In this document: positions 11,059-24,308 of the stretch, in pieces | How the letters are laid out: every line of letters starts with the position of its first letter | Position numbering within the stretch: the stretch's first letter is position 1 | From: Batkoa obscura | Lineage: Eukaryota | Length of the DNA: 64,000 nucleotides | NCBI GenBank assembly: GCA_030770535.1 | Contig: JASVEC010000016.1 | Span: forward strand, 186,001-250,000 | Reading direction: 5' to 3' | The notes under the pieces: model-generated | What the model was told of the DNA's origin: nothing | The model's input: only the letters and a program-made list of their open reading frames with translations | Databases searched by the model: none | Made by a program: the position numbers and the translations under genes

Positions 11059-13725
11059 ATGAATTTAAGTTTAATACAGATCAAAGAAATTACTAGCTTG
11101 GAAAGGTTAAAAGAATTGGTCAAAGAAATTGAAGAGGAAGAGATTAATATTGAGCAAGTTTTGGAAACTAAAATCAAAACAAGGGATGAAATCAATTCGG
11201 AATATGAACAGTTTCTAAACTCTACGTAATATTAATTTACAGTTTAATTAATTTATACTAAAATTAAATAGCGAATTGGTAGATAGTCTTACTAAAACTT
11301 GTTTGGACTGGTTTCATACTGTTAATAAAATGACTGAGACTTATAATTCTGCTACCGAGCAACTTGTGAAATTGGATCAAGAAAAAGTAATTTATATTTT
11401 AACACACGATTTAAAATATTAAAATAGTAGAATGAAATGAAACAAAGTTTAAATTTAATGGAACAATCCCAGCTATTAAAGGTAAGCATATATGTATTTT
11501 ATTATTAAGTGGTTTAATATCGAAATATTTTAAACTAGGAATTACATTCAGAATTAAATTTAGCAATGACCAGGAAAGATTTCGACTTAAGTATAACATT
11601 AATTCATAAATATATGAACTTAGACTATCAAAAAGTATTGGATTCACCTTATTCTAACTTCATAAAGGTGATAATTAGCTAATAAATTAAATAAATTAAA
11701 TTAAATTTTAAAGGAAGCAGACTGGAAGGAAGAAAACAGCTTTGAAAACACTAAAGAAACAGTCTTTAATTATTTAAAAAAAGAATTTGAAAAAGCAATG
11801 AAGGCTAATAGTTTATCCCAAATACAAGATAATGTTCATAAATTCCCATTAATTAAAGAGCACCGTTATGGTTTAGGTGTTTATTCACACTATTTACAAA
11901 CTCAATTAGATAATCTGGTTGATAATGAAATTAATAAAATTGGTAATTAGTGTTTGTTTACAAGTTAATCATACAAGTTAATCATAATAACTGTTTTTTT
12001 AGGTTTGGAGTTTTGTGATAAATTTAAAAGACTTTTAGAAGAAGCATCTAGAATCTGTTTACAATCAAGCCAATTGATAGAACCAAGTTATGGGAAAGGA
12101 TGGAGTATAATATTATTGGGGGATTTACTTGGTGATATTAACAAGCATGCATTGGGTATTAAAAATCAATTTTATGAAATATTTGGATTAAATGAAAAAC
12201 TTCGAATTATTCATACCAGTTTTATGGCTACTCACAATCAAAAGATTAATTCGAAAAATAATCATACGCAAAATGTAACTTTGGATTTAAAAGAATTAGA
12301 TCAATTATTAGGCGAAATATCCTTGGTTTCACAAAAGTGTACTTTATTTCGAAGATTATTCCTTAATTTAGCAAGGGTAATACTGTTTAAATAATTATAA
12401 TGCCAAAACATTTATTTTTTCTAGAAACAAGTTGATAAATCAAAAGAGAATCAAAATAGTTTATTAACGTTTGATGAAGTTAATTCGAGATATCAATGGA
12501 TTAAAGAAGAGGGGATATGTCCCTCTTTCCAGCCAATCATTGAAGCCTTCCCAGTTATTGAAAAGTATTATCTAAGTTTATCTACAGAAAAAGTAAATTT
12601 ATAGTTTATAAAAATATAGTTTGTACTTATATTGTTTAGGCAATTGAGTTGGATGAATATGAAGAAGGTAATGGAAACTCAAGTAGTATTGATGATATCT
12701 TCTATTTAATAAAAAAAGGGTCATTCCGCTCTTTAATGTCGTGTAATCTTGACACATTTCGTAATTCAATGACAATCTATAATTCATGCTTTAAAGAGCT
12801 TCTGCAATCATTCATGCTACTGACAACACAAAATGATAATACAAATTCCAATAAATCGGGACTTAATTTAAGAGAAAGATTAGTCAATATAAATAACTCA
12901 TTGATTAGCTCCAACTATTTAAAAAAGATGATTAAGGATCTTAAAGAAGCAGTTCAAAGGACATTAGGAGCATCAGGGTTTGAGGAGGAACTTATTACTT
13001 CTTTTATCAGTGCAGTAGAGCTATTGAATTCTACTTTTGTAGCGTTTGAAAATTTACATAAAAACTCAATCAAATATTTATTAGAAACAGTCATTCAACC
13101 AAAAGTGATCGCTTTCTTTAATCAATTAATTAAGGATTCAAATTATATCATTGAAGATTTAGCAATGGTTCGACCAATTCAATCTAAATTCGTTGATCGC
13201 TTTTCTACCTTTTTGAAGCCCTTTAAAGTAAGTTAACTATAATTTTTGTATTTTTTTTTGTTTTAATCACTTATTAGTTGCATTTTACAGATGATAACTT
13301 CAATCATTTTATTATTGGCTTATCCAAAATATTGAATAACGAAATGATAAGATTCCTTAAAGCTAATACTTATAATGAAAATGGCTTGATTGCTTTAGAA
13401 GAAGACTTTAGTATTATCATTCATTTCATATTGGAACAAAGTGAAGATATTATAAATGATGAATTTGATAACGTAACCTTCCTACTTAAAATTGTGCTTA
13501 TGGAACATAACGATGAATTATGTGATTTGGTTGATCAATTTTCACAACAAAAGATACTGCCTATTAATATTCTAGAGTTGAAAGAGTTATTAAGTTTAAG
13601 GTAATTATATATTCAGATAACAGTAATCATTTCTAATAACAATTTAAAGAACGGAAATTCCTATTCAACCCTTTTTAGATACTTTTCAAGAAATTGAAAA
13701 AGCTAAAGAGAAAGAAATTAATTAA
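11059..13725 (+). CDS. COG4: Conserved oligomeric Golgi complex subunit 4 (multi-exon)
   Basis: LDLKELDQLLGEISLVSQK, KAIELDEYE..SSSIDDIFYLIKK and NENGLIALEEDF...ELKELLSLR resemble COG4 motifs; GT-AG introns join the ORF pieces; last exon inferred. Confidence 0.8.
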
Positions 13726-13875
13726 TTATATTTTAAACAAAATAAAATTGTTTTGGTCATAAACCTTAATCTTTAAATTATTTTATAAGCTAATCATAAT
13801 TAATTTAAAATTTGAAATAAAATAACTCAATTTAATAATAATGCTGTTATCTATTTCAAGTTTATCTATTATTGT

Positions 13876-14478
13876 TTATATTTTATGAGGTGCTGCATGG
13901 AATGGAGACCACATACCACGTACTGATTCATTAGTCGATAAAACCCTACGTTTACTAAAGTCTACTTCTTTTCCACCTTGGCTTGATTGTAATGCTTGAA
14001 ATTTAGTCAAAATTTCTTTAGGCTTAAAGTTGGGAATTTCGACTTCTCTAACTGTACCACAGTCTATAATAATTAGTATTTTTAATAAAATAAAGTTATA
14101 TCAAATATTACTATATCTTGCTTCAATCTTTGGGTGTTTCCAAGGCTGGTGTTTAATTATAACTTCTGTTTCTGGATTTTGTTTGGCAAATGGAACTAAA
14201 TATTGTTTGACAAAATTGCTATTGAAATATTAGAACTTATCTATAATTTTTAGTTAAAATTACCTAACACCTTTACTTGAACCTCCAGATTCACAATAAG
14301 ATAAAACAAGTCTATTACATTGAACTACAAAACCACCCCTTGCGCCATTATTATACTCACTTGGAATGATTTCTTTTTTAAAATGTGCTGGCTTTAATTG
14401 AAATCCATTAAGGTTGACTGCCCTTAATTTGTCGCCTAATACGCTGGCCATATATCTTGATCCAATTTTTTTACTCAT
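13876..14478 (-). CDS. MRPL51: Mitochondrial ribosomal protein mL43 (yeast MrpL51 family), 3 exons
   Basis: NGARGGFVVQCNRLVLSYCESGGSSKGV, FAKQNP, HPKIEARY, VLSTNESVRGMWSPFH. Confidence 0.88.
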
Positions 14479-14627
14479 TTTCTAAATTCAATTTTATAAA
14501 AGAAAAGTTAGTTTTCAATTCTTAGCAGTAATTAAGTTTAAAACTGCAAAAAGTATTTTGATCCAATTTTGGGTAAAAATTGAAGTTCGAAATTCAAGGT
14601 TTTCATTTTATATTACTCTTACAGAAA

Positions 14628-15287
14628 ATGGGATTCAAAGGAAGTACAGATAGTTCAGGAGCCAAAAAAAATGGTCAAAAACATAAGAATGATTTTAGTT
14701 ATGTTCATCAAAAACAATCCGCTTTATCAAAAAAAATCAACTCTTTGCCTGTACATGGAATCTGTCAAAGATGTACTGATATTATTGCCTGGAGAAAGCA
14801 ATACGGTAAATATAAAGTTTTGACTGTTGCAAAAAAATGGTAAAGGTTTTAAAATAGTTACAAGCAAGATTTTTAAATACTTTATCTAGTGTGGGCTGTC
14901 AAAGAAAAGCAGTTAAAGAAGCTTATCATATATTATGTCAAGAGTGTGCTAAAAGTAAAAATGTATGTGCTAAGTGTCAGGAACCACATCAGATAGTAAA
15001 TGATCCAAGGTAAGTTAAACATTAATACTAATTTTAATAATAATAATTTTAACTTTCTTAGCCAATATAAAAGTGAAGCTGAAAAAAATGCTGAAGAGAT
15101 TAATTTCCAAAATTGGATTAAAAGGTTACCAGAACGTAAACGTCGTTCTGTTTTAAGAAAAATGGAAAGAGGTGATGAAGTTATTGTACCTCAAGTTGAA
15201 GATGATGATGACTTTGAACTTGACCTTGGCGATGATTTTGACTTTACTGATTCTGAGGGAGAGGATGAAAAGGAAGATAAAGAATAG
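14628..15287 (+). CDS. C9orf85/DUF2039 family Cys-rich protein with acidic tail, 3 exons
   Basis: QKHKN, GICQRCTDIIAWRKQYGKYK, KKCVGC..AVKEAYHILCQECA..VCAKC. Confidence 0.88.
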
Positions 15288-16144
15288 ATGTACTATTTTC
15301 AATAGCAATATAGAATTTATTTAGAAGTTGAAATTGAAATTTAACATGAAATGATCAATTATTTAATTTGATTTGTCATAATAAAACTTTATTCTAATTT
15401 ATAATCATAACATATATTTATGATATAACTATATTAATAAAATAGAATTCAATTAAAATTCAAAATATTTCATAGATTTTAAACTTATCAAAAATTATCA
15501 ATCCTCTAAGTATATGTGATTTTTCATACCTATTCTATATAGATATGCTCATAGCATAAGGATATAGTAACAGAGTTAAAATATTTAGTTAAGATGCATA
15601 ATCACCTTATAAGTTGGTTTATTTTGTGATATATTAAACATTAACATGTAAAGAAAGAAACTGATATCGGCGTATTTGCGACTTTAGGTTTAATGATATA
15701 TATTTTCAAAGTTGAATGAATAGCTATATTTTCAATTAAACATAATAGCTGTTCTGCTTGTTCAAAAATGTATTTAAATCTAAACCCCTTTTATAAATAC
15801 TACACTATTAATTATTTGATAACGCACTATAGTATTATAAGGTTAATATAACATTAATGGTGGGAATGCTTTTTTTTACTTCGGTATTTTGTTCACTTTT
15901 TTAATAATCCAATCTCAAAAAAATATCTCTAAAACCTTAAGGAAAAAACATTGACACTGCTCTACTCAAGTAAAAGAGATAAGTTCTATCATAGTCAAAT
16001 ACCAACTTTTTATACTATAAATTAAGAGGAATAAAGGATACAAAGAATTTTCAAATAAAGCATCATTTATCCCTGCCTCCATAACTTTCACTTGAACCAT
16101 GCCCTTCCTTTAATCTATCCTTTCTTATGCTTACTCAAAGGGCA

Positions 16145-16251
16145 ATATGGGGATGTATTTTTGTGTTTAAGAGCTTTACTAATAATTTTTCCACTCTAAT
16201 AGCGCTTAAAGGATGGAAAAAATAATGAAGCCAAAAAAAACATCCACATAC
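16145..16251 (+). mobile_element. MITE family A
   Basis: Consensus match, flanks ATAT/ATAC. Confidence 0.85.
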
Positions 16252-16579
16252 TTTAGTTTACTAATTTAATATAATAAACACTATCTTTAATTAGTATTTT
16301 TCCAAAAGAAAAAATAGTGTTACTTTTTTAAAATGATTTTAAACTATTACAAGCACTTAGCTGTTGTAATTTATTGACAAAGATGCATATGTATATCGAA
16401 TAGTTTGATATATAGTGGTTATTTTTTTAAAGTTTAGCCATTAGAATCATTTAATCACTTTTGTAAACTTTATTTAAGTTTGTGTTATGATCTTTTAAAC
16501 CCCTATCATTGATTATTGTAAAATCGTAGAACCTAGATTTTATAGTATAAATGAGATACTATTGTTCAATTTATTAAGT

Positions 16580-17210
16580 AATTTTGAAATTTGAAGTTGA
16601 GTTGTTTATTGTTGTCCTTTACCATGTTTGCCTTTAGTGCTAGTTTAGCTGATTCTTCAATAATATCAACTTTGACTCAAATTAGATATAAGTATCCATG
16701 CCTTAGGAAACTCTCTTGTCTTGAAGATTCTGTTGAAAAATGTAGGAAAGAAGTAAAGTAGATGATGTGTTTGCAGTGAATATGGAATGTAAAGAAAGTA
16801 TAATATAACCAACACTCAAAGATATTTATATCCACCCAGAAGTTTGGACACATTAATATGGAATATTCTAAAGCTAAGATAAAAGGTCGAGAAAGTAGGT
16901 CTCATAATTAAAATTAAAAAATATTTTATTATCAGATGAAACTATTCGCCCTATAGATTGTACTGTAGAATTTATTGAATCCCTTTAAAACTGTATTGAA
17001 GGAAGGATTCCTTAAAGAAGTAATATCTAAATTTGGAGATACTTGTATAAATAAATTATGTAATACTTGCTAGAATTATATAGGGGGATTACCATAGATA
17101 ATATCAATGCGTAAAAAAAGGCAATGAGTGTACTAAAGACAACCATGATCATTGCTTAAATAGAGATCATACCCGAGGCTCAGAAATACATTTATCAGGA
17201 ATTGGTATAA
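16580..17210 (+). pseudogene. Decayed Cys-rich, possibly secreted protein gene
   Basis: LKLSCLLLSFTMFAFSASLADSS...YPCLRKLSCLEDSVEKCRKE followed by stops and frameshifts, with scattered Cys codons. Confidence 0.3.
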
Positions 17211-17831
17211 TTTCTAAAAAATTAGCTGGTACATAATTTGTATTAAATTGTTTTATTAAATTTTTATATTTAATATTTAAACTTCACCTCCTAAACCCCA
17301 TTAAAATGATTGATACTCTTTTTTACCAGAACAACGATATGTTAAATAATTTAGAACTTAAACTAGTATATCAGTATTTATTTAGCTACAAAACTCTATT
17401 ATAAATTTTCTTGGTATACACTTAAAGTATAATAAATATATTGTAGCCAATATTTGTGTCTTTAAATAAAAATTAAAGAAAACAAATAGATATAAACAAT
17501 AATTTTAATGCAACTAATTTAAAAATAAAGATAAATTTTAATAATTTTGTCAAACGTAATGTTATAATTGGACTTGAATTTTAATATTAAAATATCATAC
17601 AAGCAATAAGAATCAAAGATCCTATAGTAATCGTTATCAGTCAAATGCTTCATTTATGATACTCCAAGTAATTTTATTTAGCTTTTGATTATGATTATTT
17701 AAAATCATGCAAATAGTCAAATTACAACTAATTAAATGATGCATAAATTAAATTCGAATCAACAAATAAAACTGCGGCTTAACTCATAGTTTATAAATCA
17801 ACTTAGCTAATTCATTCTTTAAATAAATAAA

Positions 17832-18508
17832 ATGTTATCAAGTGATATAACTTTAACAGCCAAAGAGGTCGAAACTATTATCAAAAAATCCCTAGAAGGT
17901 AGCCTTATTTATTTATCAAAAAAATTAACTCTAATAGTTTATAGCAAGAGAGTTTTCTTATTCTCCTTATTCTAAATTTAGAGTAGGTGCTTGTCTTATC
18001 ACTAATGATAAGAAACTTTATACTGGTAATTAAAAAATTAATATTCTAAAGAATATTTGCTAATCGTCATTAGGATGTAACGTAGAGAATGCTTCTTATG
18101 GCGGTGCTATATGTGCTGAAAGAACCGCTTTCGTTAAAGCAGTAGTAAGTAGCTTAATGGAAGTTTAAAACAATTTTTTTGATTTCGATTTTAGAGTGAA
18201 GGAAATAAGGATATTCTAGCAATTGCTGTATCAACGTAAGAACATAGATTAAGATACCCAAATTGATTTTACTAATGCTATTAATAGAGATACAGATGCA
18301 TTTGCTTCACCTTGTGGTTTTTGCCGGTAAAATTGATATTTTGTATCATTCGAATTAATATTCATTTTTATTTAGTCAATTTATGAATGAGTTTAATCCA
18401 AATTTACCAGTTTATTTAGTTAACCCAGATGGTCAATATAAATTAACTAACTTAAAGGATCTTTTACCAGATGCTTTTGGACCTATGAACCTTGGTATTA
18501 GTGTTTAA
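17832..18508 (+). CDS. CDD1: Cytidine deaminase (6 short exons, absent from the ORF track)
   Basis: Spliced translation SYSPYSKFRVGACL, GCNVENASYGGAICAERTA, ASPCGFCRQFMNEF, LLPDAFGP; Zn ligands CAE and PCxxC. Confidence 0.93.
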
Positions 18509-18800
18509 ATAGCAAAAGTGTATTAGCGTTGAATTTAAACTAAAAATAAATTAGATTCGGAATAACAGCTTGAGTAATTTTATGAATTTATGAGCTCAAC
18601 AGCTATTAATATTTACAACTGATATTATTTTATTTGCATATAGCATTTACATATAGCATTTACATATTAAACTTGATTAAATATAATTTTCAAGCGTATA
18701 CCATACTGACCATGAATCCCATACTGGTATTGTTTAAAATTGTAAGAAATTTTCAGACAGTTGTACAATTTAAATAACTCAAATGTTTTTTATTTTTAAA

Positions 18801-21199
18801 TCATTTCATTAAACTTGGGTCTAACAAATCACCAGCTAATGAGTAATCACCTTCACCAATTTTTTGAACAGCTTTAATTAAATCATAATTAAGTCTATCA
18901 TTGATAACTGAGTCATGTTTATATTCCTTATGGTTGTGAACAAAGTTACGGATCCATTTGGCAGTGGTTATTAATGAGGAATTTGCTCTTTTACTTACTA
19001 AATCTAAATATTTCTTTAAGCAACAACGAGTTTCTACATCAACATGAATCAAAGTTAAATAGGATTCAATAATAGGTACTAAGCCTATAAACCCTCCCTC
19101 CTAAGTATTATTTTAATATATTTAACTATAAACTATACTATTAATTACCTTTCCATTGATGATTTCAGAAATACTCATTTCAGCATATTCTTCTTCAACA
19201 GATTTGTATTCATGTTTGTCTAAAATTTACTAAGATTAAATCAAATTTTAAGAATACAAATTTACCTTCTGGGAACACATGCTTACGGAAAAAGAATTTC
19301 TGATCATTAATAGCATCTCTCTTTTGGGCACGATACATGTTTTCGTCCACCTAATAACAATTAATATTTATAGTTTAAAAATATCCAGTACATACTTTAG
19401 ATATTGGAACATAAAAATTGAGACCAAAAGTAAGGATTGCACGAGTTAATAATACAATAAATATAGCAAAAGCTGCATTTTCGAAATCAGTAATTTGAGC
19501 TTCCATAGATCTAAATTCTACTCTCCAGCCTATTGAAGAACCTGGTGGTGGTGGCTTAAATCTCATTGTTTGCCAGTTGGTAGATTGTAAATTCTATTAT
19601 GTAAAATTAGTATACTTTTAAATAGTGTATTTATTATTACTTCAAAGTGATCTGAAGAGACGGAATCATCTTGATCCAATAATTCTTCAAATATTACTAA
19701 TGGATCACGAATAAACAAATGAGATACATGCTTAGCTAACAAGTCATCAATATCTATTGTAATCAGATTAAAGCTTTTATAAAAACAAATGATCAAAGTT
19801 ACCATTTTCTCTCAATTTATTATAGATATCTTTATCATAAACCAAATCCAAATCATTGTATTCATCTTTAAAGTTAGAGTCTAAAGATAAATAAGAATCA
19901 ATAGAATCATATCTGGATTTATTAATCACAAATTTGTTATTCTTAAGGGGCTATAAAATTAATTTAATATTTATAAAAAAAATCACACAAAATTTTACTT
20001 CTAAACCTCTTTCTTCTGGAGTTCTATCATCCACACTTTGGGCAATAACAGTCCAACGACAGTCAATATCTGCCAATAGCCCTCGGAAAATAGGTGCGGC
20101 AGCAGTTAAAGCAAGCTGATATTTTTAATACATCAAATAGGATGAAGTAAATTGTTTACCATTATTGGTGCAATAGGAGCTAATGCATCATATAAATAAC
20201 GTGCTTCAAGAATATTGGAAGCTTGGAAAGTGATTTGTAAACAACTACAGCCCATACCAAAGCACATAGAATCCATATAAATATGATCAGGCTTAGCAGC
20301 CCCAGCTTTAGCTTCCTTATCGTTATGAAATAAATTTCTATCTGGTATAGATGGATCAATAAATGGTTTTGGTGTATTGATATCATGATAAATTGGTATA
20401 TTGATAGCAACCTTGGATCCACGACGACGTCTAATATTTGCGGTCAAAGTACTAAATAATATTTAGTTAAAAAAATAGTAGAATAGATTAAACTTACGGA
20501 AATCGAGCATGTGGGTTGATGATTTCATCTGGTACAAATAAACTTCTTGAAGAAGCACCATTAGGTTCATGATGAGGTTCAAGAAAATCTCCAGAACCTA
20601 ACTTTGGAAACGAAGTTAAAGAAATTAAAGTTTCGCCCCCTTTCATAAATTCCATGGCTGTTTTACGTCTATTATTATTAGTTACAGTTCATATTTTGTT
20701 TTAATTTTTTACCTTAATTTCATATTATCTTCAACTTTTAATAAATCAGATACTGACCCTTCATATGGCGAGCCAGGTGTTCCTGAATTTATAAAAAAAA
20801 TTAAAACAATTATTATTTTAAACTTAAATCTTCATTACCCTCTAACATATATCTTCCATATTCTGGTCTCCAAGCAGTAGGTACAGTTCTAATAATTAAT
20901 AAAAGTAAAGTAAAATTTGAAAGTACTTACTTATCGTTTTTGATTGCTTCGTTTTCAGCTTCTTGTAACTCAGGTAAAAATTCATGGACTCTGAGAGATA
21001 ATCTTGCTTTTTGGTTTTCGTCATCAACATCCACCATCATATACTCCACTTCGTCACCCCATAATAAAACATCATTTTTTCTATCTTTTAATTTATTATA
21101 GATATTAATAAACTGTACAATCCCATGTTTTCGAACTTTATCAGCATGTTGCTTTGCTGTTTCCCAATGTAACGGTGTACCCAATGATAATAATCCCAT
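18801..21199 (-). CDS. GSH1: Glutamate-cysteine ligase catalytic subunit (multi-exon)
   Basis: [70 protein letters not shown]. Confidence 0.96.
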
Positions 21200-21299
21200 G
21201 CTTAATGATCGTAAAAAATAAAATTTTGATGCTTCGATGTATTTTTTGATATTTGGATGATTACTAATAATGAATTAAAATTGAAAATGCTAATTAAGG

Positions 21300-21315
21300 G
21301 GCATTAACCAATCAC
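21300..21315. promoter_or_regulatory. CCAAT-containing motif GGCATTAACCAATCAC upstream of GSH1
   Basis: Exact 16-bp match at 56329-56344, upstream of cofilin. Confidence 0.5.
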
Positions 21316-22098
21316 ATCAACACTTTATTCATTTTGGTTATCAAATTAATTTTTATTTTGTTTATATCTATTTTATTCTTACACAAGTTTAATAAATAGA
21401 GTTAATTTACCAAACCTTATCATTATTCTTTGAGGTAGTTTAAACCTGGATATTCAATTTTTGACCGGTTTTATATACTTACAAATGTTGTAAATTGATT
21501 ACTAATATTATGAAAACACAGTATTTTAATTTTAAGCTAAGTATGTAGTGTTTTTTTAATATTTCTATATTTTAAATTTTACAAGTCATAAAAATGGACA
21601 ATATATTAAAAGTGAAGAAATATGATATTTTTATAAATCTTATAGTTGAACTAAAATTATATGAAAAAATAATATTAGTCGAACCTTGAACTTTCCAAAA
21701 AAAATAAATAGATAAAAAGATGATTAAACATAGTTAAAAATAAAAAAGTTACTAAAGTTCACTTATACAAATACTTAAAAAAACTTATTTAGTATAATGA
21801 AATTTATGTATATTTATATTGTTTTTTTCTACTATAACTCAATTGACTTTGAAATAGATTAAGACAGTTACTTCAATGTTAATAAATTCATTTAGTTAAT
21901 AGTAATGAATTGAATTAAAATATCTTTATATTTTAAAGATAAATACGAGTTTGTATTATTAATTTTTATACTTTAAATTTCACCTTTAATAAATATGGCT
22001 ACACAAAGATCATCTTAAAAAGAACATCTAGTATTATAAAGGATGTCTATTATACAAAAAGATGCTAAATAAACTTATAATAGTTTCAACTTATGTTT

Positions 22099-22203
22099 AT
22101 CTGGGGATGCATTTTTGTGTTTAAGAATTTTACCAACAAATTTTCCGCTTAAATAGCGCTTAAAAATGGAAAAAATAACACAGTCAAAAAAACACTCCCA
22201 TCT
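22099..22203 (+). mobile_element. MITE family A, TSD ATCT
   Basis: ATCT-GGGGATGC...CACTCCC-ATCT; non-palindromic direct repeat shows a 4-bp TSD. Confidence 0.85.
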
Positions 22204-22557
22204 TGAGAAAAGATTGAAACGAACTCTAGTAGAAAAAATTTGACAATAGTTTCAAAGATATTCAAAACATGGAAATTTATAAGGAAAGCCATTCGAGTCT
22301 TGATCATAATTATTTAAATTTACATTGTAATGCTTATGAGTTATTTTCGTTTTGAATTATTATTAAAAAACTTTAATACGTTCGTTTTATTCATTGTTTA
22401 AAATTGATGTGATATGAAGATGTTACATAAAACTTCATAAAACTCGGCACTTTTGTACTTTATAAATATAAATAAAAGCATCTCAAAATATGATAGCAGT
22501 AAAAATATCAAAAACATAAACAGGTGCATGTGTTTTAATTCTAATAATATTGTGATA

Positions 22558-24308
22558 TTAATTTAAATATACTGATATCTTTTGTATCAAATCTGGAGGT
22601 AGCTCAAATCGATAGAGATGAGACTTGATCTGATCCAATGCATTATTGGCATCCTTGGCTTGGTTTTTGTTATTTGATTTAGATATTTCATCAAGTTCTC
22701 TAACTAATAAAAAGCATTTTGTCTTTGATTCATCAATCATAAAGATATCTTGACGTTTCAACTGTGATGAATAGTGTAGTAGGTTAATAAGTGCAAAAAA
22801 GCAATAACATGCTTGATAGTAAAACGGTATATGTATGTTTGACTGGAATTGATGCTTAGCATTGAATTTATGGAATCTAATAAAAACTTCACGATCCAGT
22901 CTATTATCTAAACCTTTGTTTAAACAATATGCAACAACTTGGCTAGCATTATTAAATAATAACCTTAACTCTGCAGCTGTAAATTGGACAGGCTGGGGGT
23001 AAACTATAACAGATGGATAATAAAGTGTAATTATAGTATGTTGAACTAACACTTTAAAGTATCTTTTAAAGTTAAACTCATGATCATCTATCTTTTCGCT
23101 TAATTCCTTTTTGCTATAATCGCACTCATTCTTTGCTAATTTTATATCTTGAATTAAATTTGTCAATACAGTCAAACAATTTATAAAGTCACTTCGAGCC
23201 AAAATTAAATCCTCAGTAGGTATTTTACTACAATCATTATACATTTGATAACTTTCTTTTGTCTTTTGTATATGAGTTGATATTCTTATGTTCACTTCAA
23301 TAAAATCCTGGACATACATGTACGAGTTCTCACCCATGACTTTGAGACATGGTTTATTACTATCGACATATTCGTTTTGATTCTTTCTAAAAAAATACAA
23401 CGGGTCCTTTACTTCAAATTTAATAAAAGGCATATCTGGAATACAAGATGAAAGAACTAAATAAGTAAGACACAGTGTTTTCCAAATTCTTCTACCTTGT
23501 AACAACTCATTGTATCTTGTATCACTAATATCTATTTCTTCAAATGATTCATCATTAATATTATACCCTAAACATTGAGCCATTCTTATAGCATCTAAAA
23601 AATAACGTTTGGCTAGATTAAAGTTGGAGTGTGATAACCCAACAAAGCATAGTAATCCCAAAGCCACTACATGGTTACGATTAGGATTACAATAAGAATT
23701 AGGTAAAGTTACTTTCACTCCCTGTAAAGCTTTTCCATAAATCTGTTTATAAGCTATACTATCACGTGGAAGAGCAAAACGAGCGAGAAGTGCAATCAAT
23801 GTATAAGATAAAGTATTAGGTTCTTTGTTTTCTAATATTGCTTTCATATCAAACTTTTCAAACCATAGTTTATATGGGTCCATTACTTTTGTAAAAAAAA
23901 CGGACCCTTGTTCTAGAAAGTGATTATAACTATATTCTCCTTTTATTGAATACATATCTGATATTGTTGTATTGTTCATTGAAGCTAATAAAGTACCACG
24001 TACTTCAAGGCTTTTATTGAAAGTGGTTTCATAATAGGATATCTTTCTGAGGAGACTATTAATCTCAATACAGCTATTTTCTTTAGCTATTGCTTTAAGT
24101 GCCTTTTCAGTCCATATTAAATATCCTAAAAATAAGTTAGTTGATTTAAACTATCAATACAATTACCGTATGCTATTCGTTTGAAGTCTAGGTTTGAATG
24201 AGAATCTAGTTGTTTAAATATATTGTTTAATAAATTATTAAGATCATCCAACTTTAGCTTTATTACATCTGTTCTACTTCTTGTTTTCCTTTTTGAAATT
24301 GATTCCAT
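22558..24308 (-). CDS. Fungal transcription-factor-like (middle homology region) protein, 2 exons, no Zn2Cys6 seen
   Basis: Exon 1 MESISKRKTRSR... joins the 473-aa ORF via a 41-nt intron; AKRYFLDAIRMAQCLGYN...GRRIWKTL resembles the Fungal_trans motif. Confidence 0.65.
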
